Positions 45,596-53,301 of a stretch of DNA of 55,377 nt are shown here, in pieces (position 1 is the first letter of the stretch; each line of letters begins with the position of its first letter). Under the pieces are notes generated by a model. The model searched no databases. It was not told the origin of the DNA and saw only the letters and a list, made by a program, of their open reading frames with translations. The translations under genes were made by a program, and so were the position numbers. Source of the stretch: Candidatus Iainarchaeum sp. Lineage in GTDB: Archaea; Iainarchaeota; Iainarchaeia; Iainarchaeales; GCA-2688035. The DNA lies in contig JAFCCO010000008.1 of the NCBI GenBank assembly GCA_017610175.1, positions 1 to 55,377 of the forward strand. The letters are read 5' to 3'.

Positions 45596-46148
45596 CGTTT
45601 TGTTTGCTTAACCGCACCGCCCAGTAGAACCAGGCAATGTAAATTGCCGCGATTGAAACAAAGAGAAACGCGCGGAAGAAAATGTTGTGCGTGAGCTCAA
45701 TCAATTCAAGCGAGCCGCTTCCAAGAATAATCCCAACCGTTGCAAAGATTCTGAAAATGTTCAGCGCAAAAACCGCAACTGCAGCTACGACCGCCCCGAT
45801 GATTCGCTTGCGCACCGAAATTCCAATTGATGCAAGGATTACGGCAACGATTATGAACAGCTCGGTTAGGCCGGTGCAAAGAAAACTTATTTCAATTGTT
45901 GACCCTGAGGCAAATTCAACCAACGGGTTTTCTGCAGCGCCAACAACCCCGTTGAAAAATGCGGCCGTAATTTGCGCAATTGCCTGCTTAACCAAAAGCT
46001 CCGGAATGATAAACGGAACAACAACCGACAGCACAAGGTAGATTAGCACAAAAAGCGCAAGAAAGCGCCCTGTCTTCTTTGCTTCCTCTTTGTCAAGCCT
46101 GAGGGCCAGGGGATTCTCAGATAAAGCCACCTGTTTTGGAACTGCCAT
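45591..46148 (-). CDS. Archaeosortase/exosortase-family membrane transpeptidase
   Basis: ISFLCTGL (catalytic Cys), LNIFRI (Arg), LTHNIFFR (His); multi-TM. Confidence 0.85.
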   Translation of the reverse strand: MAVPKQVALSENPLALRLDKEEAKKTGRFLALFVLIYLVLSVVVPFIIPELLVKQAIAQITAAFFNGVVGAAENPLVEFASGSTIEISFLCTGLTELFIIVAVILASIGISVRKRIIGAVVAAVAVFALNIFRIFATVGIILGSGSLELIELTHNIFFRAFLFVSIAAIYIAWFYWAVRLSKQNV

Positions 46149-46164
46149 GCATTAGAAGCTATGT

Positions 46165-46185
46165 AAAATAATATATATAACTTTA
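46165..46185. promoter_or_regulatory. Divergent promoter region between archaeosortase and secretion ATPase
   Basis: ATATATATAA in a 68-bp divergent intergenic gap. Confidence 0.55.
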
Positions 46186-46216
46186 TGGCTATTAGTGGTA
46201 AGCAAATTAAACGGAA

Positions 46217-48505
46217 GTGTCTTTATTGGAAATTGGCGGATTTAAGGTAGGCGACTATATAGTCAAGGACGAGGGTGGAAAGAGGCACCTTGTTTTGGAC
46301 TGCCGAAACTGTGTTTACAGCGCATCGGTTCCCGATGACCCCGCATGCCGCTACCACCTGATTACAATTCTTGGGGAAGTTGAGGCAAACATAACGGTTC
46401 TTGCAGATGTTTATGAAAGGGTTTACGATGAAGAGCAGACAAGAATGCTTGCCGAGATGGCTTTGCTCAAGCAAAAATTCAGCATTGAAAGCGTGTGGAG
46501 CTACAAGCACCTTGGTGCAGTGGGAAAGGCGTGCGAGCAGTACTTTGGCGCAAGGCACGACATTGTTGTAAAAATTGCACACGACCTCATCGCATTCGAC
46601 CCGATTCTCGCATACCTCACCCTGATGAAGGAGCTTCAGGTTGAGCGCAGAAAAATTACGGAGGGAGCAAAAGAGTATTCACAATGCACAGCACCATATA
46701 TAGAAACACTCAACTACCTCAAGGACAGCTTTGAAAAAAGCACCATGATGTCCAAGACCAAAAAATACCTTTCCCAGATGCGCGAGGTTCCGGATACCGG
46801 AAAAATATACCACTCCCTTTTTGAGGTTGAAGTAAAGCCTGCCTTTATTGGTTCAAGGCTTTTGTTCAAGGAAATGGAATCGCTTGAACTGCTGGATGAG
46901 TATACCGTGAAGAGGACAACAGTGCAAGTTTTCAAGCACCCGCACAAAACGGAAAACCTCTACTTCATCAACCCGCCTGAGTACACCCTCTCACCCGACA
47001 AGTACTTTGTGATGTCAAAAACAAGGGAGGTTGTTGCAGGCTACAAGCCGGGCAGGGCAAGTTTGAGCACTGTTGCAAAAAGCAGAAGCTACTTTGAACG
47101 CGTTTACGAATCAACAATTAAGGATGTTGCAAAATCCAACGGCATAAAAATTTCGCACAAGGAAATTACAGAGCTTGCGGAAATCGTTGCAAGGTACACT
47201 GTCGGATACGGAATACTTGAAATTTTATTAAGTGACCGGCGACTCACAGACATTTACGTTGACTCGCCAATTGGGCTAAAGCCAATCTATCTTGTCCACT
47301 CGGACTTTGGGCAATGCCAGTCAAATATACTTTACACGGAACGCGAGTCAGACGCTTTGTCAAGCAAGCTAAGGGCAATGTCCGGCAGGCCGTTTGATGA
47401 AGCGCACCCTGTGCTTGATTATGATTTGCAGAACTTTGAAACAAGGGTTGCAGCAATTGGGCCCCCGCTTTCGCCAACAGGCGCGGCATATGCATTCAGG
47501 CTTCACAAAATAACCCCGTGGACTTTTCCGCAATTTATTGACAACAATTTTATGAACCCGCTTGCGGCAGGACTGCTTTCATTTTTAATAGACCAGCAAG
47601 CGACAATGCTTTTGACCGGAAGCAGGGGAGCAGGAAAAACCTCCCTTCTCGGAAGCTGTTTGCTTGAGGTTCTGCAGAATGCAAGAATTCTGGTTCAGGA
47701 GGATACACTGGAAATCCCTGTCCCATACCTACAGAGAATAGGGTACAATATCCAGCGCCTCAAAACCCGCTCACCGATTAGCGTGAGCAAGACAGAAAGC
47801 GAGGTTGCACCGGAAGAGGCGTTAAGAACCGCGCTAAGGCTTGGAGACAGTGCACTTGTTTTAGGAGAGGTTAGAAGCAAGGAAGCAAAGGTTTTGTATG
47901 AAGCCATGCGTGTTGGGGCAGCAGGAAACATTGTGATGGGAACAATCCACGGCGACTCGGCATACAGCGTATGGGACCGTGTTGTAAACGACCTTGGTGT
48001 TCCAAACACAAGCTTTAAGGCAACAGACATTGTGGTTGTTGCCCGCCCAATTAGGTTTAAGGGTTCGCTCAAAAAGCACAGAAGGGTTGTGCAAATAACT
48101 GAAGTAAAGAAACACTGGACAACAGACCCTGAGGAGGAAGGCGGGCTTCTTGACCTTATGCTTTACGATGCACGCAAGGACACGCTTGAGCTCCTGGAAG
48201 ACAATCTCAAGGAATCAGAGCTGTTTGAAAAAATCGTGCGCATAAGCGGCCTTACCATCAAACAAATCTGGGAAGACATTAGGATGCGCGGAAACGCAAA
48301 GGCATTCATGGTTGAACTCAAAAGGGAGCACAATGTGCCTGATTTGCTTGAAGCGGAAAACAGTTCTGCCGCAAACAACAAACTTATCCTCTTCAAGGAA
48401 GACCAGCTGGAGGAATTTGGAAAGATTGATTACGAAGAAGTTTTGGGAAAGTGGAAGTACTGGATAAGAAACAACCTGCTTCCCGTTGTCAAAAAAAAGT
48501 CTTAA
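46217..48505 (+). CDS. Large type II/IV secretion (FlaI/VirB11-like) ATPase with Cys-containing N-terminal extension
   Basis: GYGILEILLSD, GSRGAGKTS, EDTLEI, LRLGDSALVLGEVR, GTIHG; N-terminal DCRNC...DPAC. Confidence 0.92.
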   Translation: MSLLEIGGFKVGDYIVKDEGGKRHLVLDCRNCVYSASVPDDPACRYHLITILGEVEANITVLADVYERVYDEEQTRMLAEMALLKQKFSIESVWSYKHLGAVGKACEQYFGARHDIVVKIAHDLIAFDPILAYLTLMKELQVERRKITEGAKEYSQCTAPYIETLNYLKDSFEKSTMMSKTKKYLSQMREVPDTGKIYHSLFEVEVKPAFIGSRLLFKEMESLELLDEYTVKRTTVQVFKHPHKTENLYFINPPEYTLSPDKYFVMSKTREVVAGYKPGRASLSTVAKSRSYFERVYESTIKDVAKSNGIKISHKEITELAEIVARYTVGYGILEILLSDRRLTDIYVDSPIGLKPIYLVHSDFGQCQSNILYTERESDALSSKLRAMSGRPFDEAHPVLDYDLQNFETRVAAIGPPLSPTGAAYAFRLHKITPWTFPQFIDNNFMNPLAAGLLSFLIDQQATMLLTGSRGAGKTSLLGSCLLEVLQNARILVQEDTLEIPVPYLQRIGYNIQRLKTRSPISVSKTESEVAPEEALRTALRLGDSALVLGEVRSKEAKVLYEAMRVGAAGNIVMGTIHGDSAYSVWDRVVNDLGVPNTSFKATDIVVVARPIRFKGSLKKHRRVVQITEVKKHWTTDPEEEGGLLDLMLYDARKDTLELLEDNLKESELFEKIVRISGLTIKQIWEDIRMRGNAKAFMVELKREHNVPDLLEAENSSAANNKLILFKEDQLEEFGKIDYEEVLGKWKYWIRNNLLPVVKKKS

Positions 48506-48516
48506 GCTGATTTGAA

Positions 48517-50817
48517 ATGGCGCGAACGAGAAAAAAGGTTAGGGAAATTACTCCCGGAGAGCTTTACAAGGAGATTGCGGTAAGCCGGGAAGAATTTGAA
48601 AAGGGAGCGGGAAAACTTGTTAAAAGAGAGATTCCGCCGTTTGTAAAATTCTGCCGCTCAATATACCTGCGCTTCCCGTCCCTTGGGCAGGGAGCCAAGT
48701 TTGAGGAAAAATACGCTGATGCAGTAAACTTTCTTGGATGGGATTTAAAGGCAACGGAGTTTGCGGCGGCCTCAAAATTCGCATTGATTGCAGGCATTGC
48801 AATCGGGGTCATTATTGCAATGGCAATATATGTTTCACCCATCAACCCGGTGATTGGCAAATTTATTGGAAGTGCTGATCTGGTTCCAATTTACCTCATT
48901 GCCCCATTCATTATAATCTCATTAATTATTGTGGCATACATCCAGAACTACCCAGTTTCCGCCGCAAACACCGAAAAAACACGTGCCCTCACATATGTCC
49001 CGGAAATAGTCGGGTATATGATTATGTCAATGAAGCTTGTGCCAAACCTTGAGAAGGCGATTGAATTTTCAGCCGAACATGGGACAGGAAAGATTTCAGA
49101 TGATTTTAAGCGAATAATCTGGGACACAAACATAGGTGTTTACACAACACTCAGCGAAGCACTTGATGCGCTTGCATACCGCTGGGGAAAGTATAGCGAC
49201 GAATTCAAGCACGCACTGATGATGATTCGTGCCTCGGTTCTTGAGAACACGGAGGCAAAGCGCTATCAAATCCTGGACAAGACAATGACAACAATTCTTG
49301 CAAGCATCCGAGAAAAAATGAGTGGTTATGCGCGTGAGCTCTCCGAACCAAGCGTTCTTCTTTTCTACATCGGAGTGCTGCTTCCGCTTATACTTATAAT
49401 TGTGCTGCCTGTCGGAAGCGCTTTTTCAGGGCAGGCAATGGCGTCACCCGTTCTTCTGGTTGGAATCTACAACATAATAATTCCCGCAATCACACTAATA
49501 TTTGCAATACACGTAATACACAAAAGGCCGCCGACAAATGAATCCCCGGAAATTCCGGACAACTACCCTGGCTTGCCCCCAAAATACAAAGCCCGCCTGG
49601 GAAACACCCTTGTTGACATAAGGCTTATGATGGCGGTAGTGCTTATTGTCGGAGTTATAGGCAGTTTTGCCCTCTCAAGCCAGGGGATTATGCCAAAAAT
49701 GTTTATTCCGGAAAATTCAGCCCAGCTCCTCCCCGCAGACCGTTCAATAAATGATGTGCTTATTGAATCAAACCGTAGCCTGGACTACTTTGATGACGAC
49801 GGCCCACTTGAAACACAGCTTAAGCGAAATTTGGGTGAAAAAAAGGGAAGGGAAAAGTTCCTTGCGCAAAAAAGCGAGTTCTTCAACAACCCAAAGAACG
49901 ACGCAACCCCCTACAACCTAATTTTCGGCCTGCTTATTACAATTTCACTTTCAGCCTTTGTGTTCCTGCACTTCACAAGCGTGTACAAAAGAGAGGCACA
50001 ACTGGTAATCATAAAAATGGAAACAGAATTCAAAGACAGCCTGTACATCCTTGCATCCCGCCTGGGGGAAAACAAGCCGGTCGAAGAGGCCTTGAAGCAC
50101 ACAAGGGACTTTCTTCCGGGCTTTGAAATTTCAAAAAGGATTTTTGCAAGGACAGTTGAAAACATTGAACTATTGGGCATGCCTTTGGAGAGCGCTGTTT
50201 TCGACAAGCATTACGGAAGCCTGAGAAACATTCCGTCCCGAACAATTACAACAGGAATGAGAATCCTTGTTGACTCGGTAAACCTTGGGGTAAATGTTGC
50301 GGCAAGAACAATAATTTCGTTGAGCATGCAGCTTGCCAACAATGAAAAGGTAAACAACGAACTCAAAGTAATGATTTCAGACACGACCGGAATGATGAAG
50401 ACAATGAGCATCTTCATCGCCCCAATTGTTCTCGGAATTACAACCGCACTCCAAAAAGTTGTGATGATTACAATGAGCGCAATCCAAACCACAAACGTTG
50501 GCAGCACGGTCGGACAACTCTCAGACGTTTCCGGAAGCATTCCCGGAGGCCCAAGCATGAGCGGCTTTGGAAAAAGCACAGACATGCTTAACATCAGCGG
50601 AGGGGTTGACATGGTTGCGCCATGGCAGTTTGTGATAATTGTCGCAACCTATGTGCTGCAGCTTGTGGTCATAATGGTATACTTCAGCAGCAAAATTGAG
50701 GACGACAACGACATTGTGTTCAGGCTGAACCTTGCAAAGGCTCTCCCCATTGCAACAACCGTTTTCCTCCTCGCAGTAATAGCCTCTTCAACGGTTGTTG
50801 GAAACTTTATGGGATGA
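48517..50817 (+). CDS. FlaJ/TadC-like membrane platform protein (two T2SS F-like domains)
   Basis: VPEIVGYM..NLEKAI and FKDSLYILASRLGENKPVEEAL domains; many TMs; directly follows the ATPase. Confidence 0.85.
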   Translation: MARTRKKVREITPGELYKEIAVSREEFEKGAGKLVKREIPPFVKFCRSIYLRFPSLGQGAKFEEKYADAVNFLGWDLKATEFAAASKFALIAGIAIGVIIAMAIYVSPINPVIGKFIGSADLVPIYLIAPFIIISLIIVAYIQNYPVSAANTEKTRALTYVPEIVGYMIMSMKLVPNLEKAIEFSAEHGTGKISDDFKRIIWDTNIGVYTTLSEALDALAYRWGKYSDEFKHALMMIRASVLENTEAKRYQILDKTMTTILASIREKMSGYARELSEPSVLLFYIGVLLPLILIIVLPVGSAFSGQAMASPVLLVGIYNIIIPAITLIFAIHVIHKRPPTNESPEIPDNYPGLPPKYKARLGNTLVDIRLMMAVVLIVGVIGSFALSSQGIMPKMFIPENSAQLLPADRSINDVLIESNRSLDYFDDDGPLETQLKRNLGEKKGREKFLAQKSEFFNNPKNDATPYNLIFGLLITISLSAFVFLHFTSVYKREAQLVIIKMETEFKDSLYILASRLGENKPVEEALKHTRDFLPGFEISKRIFARTVENIELLGMPLESAVFDKHYGSLRNIPSRTITTGMRILVDSVNLGVNVAARTIISLSMQLANNEKVNNELKVMISDTTGMMKTMSIFIAPIVLGITTALQKVVMITMSAIQTTNVGSTVGQLSDVSGSIPGGPSMSGFGKSTDMLNISGGVDMVAPWQFVIIVATYVLQLVVIMVYFSSKIEDDNDIVFRLNLAKALPIATTVFLLAVIASSTVVGNFMG

Positions 50818-50822
50818 ATTGA

Positions 50823-51257
50823 ATGAACCAAAGCGGGCAGGGATTTTCCGGATTCAGACTCTTAATTGACGCAATTCTTGTGCTGATGATTCTGGTAATA
50901 ATAATCGGAATCATTGGATGGATTGACGGCATGAAAGTTGCAATAAGCCAGGAAAAGTTTGAGGCCGGCTTTGACAAGGCAATAAACGCGCCCACAGGCC
51001 AAACCATTATTGAAAAAAACATCAGTTTTTTAGGCGACTCTGTATTCAAAACAAGCGCATTTGCAAAAGCAGGCGTTGGGCCGGACTGCATTAGCTTTGA
51101 CGCGCTGGACATTGAGGCAATCGAAATAAGCAGCAACAAAAGGTTTGTGGAAATAAAAAGCGCCCTCAACCTGGACGTCTTCTACAAATGCGAAAGGCAG
51201 TATGATGAAGAGTGCGAAATGCTGTGCGAAATCTCTTTGGGAAAAGACTTTGAATAA
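50823..51257 (+). CDS. Pilin-like protein with class III signal peptide
   Basis: MNQSG|QGFSGFRLLIDAILVLMILVIIIG; four Cys. Confidence 0.75.
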   Translation: MNQSGQGFSGFRLLIDAILVLMILVIIIGIIGWIDGMKVAISQEKFEAGFDKAINAPTGQTIIEKNISFLGDSVFKTSAFAKAGVGPDCISFDALDIEAIEISSNKRFVEIKSALNLDVFYKCERQYDEECEMLCEISLGKDFE

Positions 51258-51337
51258 CTGCACAATGCAACGGTGCCAAATCCCAACAAAAAAAAAGATT
51301 TAAATAGCTTAACACCCTCTTAATTTAAGACATTTAA

Positions 51338-51522
51338 ATACATCCAAAGAAACTTTTACCAATTTTAATCGCACTAATTCTTGCAGCAGGAACAGCCAAC
51401 GCAACAGTCGCAACAGTAGTTAGTGAAATTGTCAGCTCGGAAAGCGCAGAAGACTCATACTATCCTGCAATTGCAGTGCTCTAACACTCAGAGCAGCAGC
51501 ATGGTACTACAAAAGGCAGTAA
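51338..51522 (+). pseudogene. Internally deleted relic of a 28032..33179-like surface protein gene
   Basis: ATA (ex-start) HPKKLLPILIALILAAGTANATVATVVSEIVSSESAEDSYYPAIAVL*, then shifted-frame LTLRAAAWYYKRQ*. AAAAAGATTTAAATA promoter-like motif upstream. Confidence 0.85.
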
Positions 51523-51659
51523 ACTGCAAACGTGGTTGTTTTGTCGGGTTTTTTTTGGGACCCGGTTGAGGTTTTTCTTTTGGAAAACAATTAAATATGT
51601 TCATTCCAAAGTGTATGTGGCACTTTGTGTTGCAAAAGGGGGTAATTAGCTTGTTGCAA

Positions 51660-53159
51660 ATGTTGGAGTTTAAGGCGCATTTTTGGGTTCTGTTTGTTGC
51701 AGCAGTGGCTGGTTTTGAGTTAATGGGTTTGGAGATGGTGGCAAGCAGGATGCTGCAGCCGTTTTTTGGGACCTCGATTTACGTTTGGGGGATTTTAATT
51801 GGGGTAATTTTTGCGGCAATGTCTTTTGGGTATTTGCTTGGGGGAATGCTTGCGGACAAAAATCCAAGCAAGCATTTGTTGTCCAAACTGCTGCTTTTGT
51901 CGGCGCTGTTTTTGTTTGCATCGCTTTTGTTTTACCATGCAATTCTTGTTTCGTTCCTTGGAGCGGATTTGGTAACAGGCGTCCTTGTTTCAACATTGCT
52001 GCTTTTTGCCCCTGCAACAATTTTGTTGAGTGCTGTTTCCCCGTTTTTAATTAAAATAGCTGCGGCAGGGAAAGGTGTTGGAAGCGCAAGCGGAAAAATA
52101 CTGTTTGCCTCAACAGTGGGAGGCATTCTGGGAATAGCTTTCTCTGTTTTTTTTCTCATTCCAACCTTTGGCAGCAGAATTTCACTCTCGCTGCTTTTTG
52201 CAATAATCCTCCTTGTGGCCGTTGCCGGGCTGTTTCCAAAAGACAGGCGGTTCTCGTTTGCCCTGCTGTTGCTGTTTGCCTTGCTTGTTGTTCCAAGCAA
52301 GGTGAGTCCATCAATCATATATGAAACAGAGTCGGCGTACAGTTACATTATGGTAAAGGAAAATGGTCCCCTGCTTGAACTGTGGTTTGACCACCTGATT
52401 GGACGGGAATCACTAACAAGGAAAACTATTCTTTCCCACTCAATATATGACTACTTGGTAATCGGTCCGGAAATCAACGGCGGAAAGGAGATTCTTCTGC
52501 TTGGGCTTGGCGGAGGCACAATGCTAAAGCCTCAACTTGCCTTTTTTGAAGGAATCCAGATTGATGCGGTTGAAATAGACCAAAAGGTTGTGGAAACTGC
52601 TAAAAACTTTTTTGGGGTAAAAGAAAGTTCCAAACTTGCAATTTATGTTGAGGACGCAAGAACATTCCTATCAAAATCAAGCAAGAAATACGACGTTATC
52701 GAAATAGACTTGTACAACGGAATAGAACCCCCAGTTCACACTCTTACAAAGGAATTTTTTCAACTTGCCTCAAACAGGCTTAAGAGGAACGGAGTAATTG
52801 AAATGAACGTTGTCTCCGCAGAGGAAGACAATGAATTAATACACGCAATCGGAAACACGGTGTGCACGGTATTTCCAAGCGTTTTTACTTTGAGGCACGG
52901 AAACACACTAATGGTCGCAACAAAGGAACAAACAACCCTGCGGCAAATTAAGGAAAAAATTCTGGCAAGCCAAGTGCCGGAACTAAACACAATAAACCTC
53001 AATGCCGCGCAGAAAATAAAGGAATTCAACTGCGATTCAAGCAAAAAGCCACTCACAGATGACCTGGCGCCAATTGAAGCACTTATTTTTGAAAACAACC
53101 AAAAAATAATAAATCGCTCACACAAAAATATACTGAAACGAAAGAACGAAATAAAATAA
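51660..53159 (+). CDS. Fused MFS-like/spermidine synthase-like SAM-dependent protein
   Basis: GLEMVASRMLQPFFGTSIYVWG, STVGGILG, LLLGLGGG, VEID, EDAR, YDVIEID, LTKEFF, LTDDLAP. Confidence 0.88.
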   Translation: MLEFKAHFWVLFVAAVAGFELMGLEMVASRMLQPFFGTSIYVWGILIGVIFAAMSFGYLLGGMLADKNPSKHLLSKLLLLSALFLFASLLFYHAILVSFLGADLVTGVLVSTLLLFAPATILLSAVSPFLIKIAAAGKGVGSASGKILFASTVGGILGIAFSVFFLIPTFGSRISLSLLFAIILLVAVAGLFPKDRRFSFALLLLFALLVVPSKVSPSIIYETESAYSYIMVKENGPLLELWFDHLIGRESLTRKTILSHSIYDYLVIGPEINGGKEILLLGLGGGTMLKPQLAFFEGIQIDAVEIDQKVVETAKNFFGVKESSKLAIYVEDARTFLSKSSKKYDVIEIDLYNGIEPPVHTLTKEFFQLASNRLKRNGVIEMNVVSAEEDNELIHAIGNTVCTVFPSVFTLRHGNTLMVATKEQTTLRQIKEKILASQVPELNTINLNAAQKIKEFNCDSSKKPLTDDLAPIEALIFENNQKIINRSHKNILKRKNEIK

Positions 53160-53301
53160 GTCGCATAAATCAATACCCCGCAATTTCCCCTGAAAAAAAC
53201 AGAATCTGCAAAGATTAATATACTGTTTCAATGTATCATATGTTACCTTAAGGTGTAATAATAAATTAGTTGAAAGGACACTAACTTTGACAGGGGTAAA
53301 G

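Noticed and set aside
46217-50817. Archaellum operon
   Set aside because: No archaellin, FlaH or FlaF/G-like genes are adjacent.
654-51263. Numerous 60-300 aa antisense or alternate-frame ORFs
   Set aside because: They lie within well-supported genes and show no motifs; long ones reflect repeats and codon bias.
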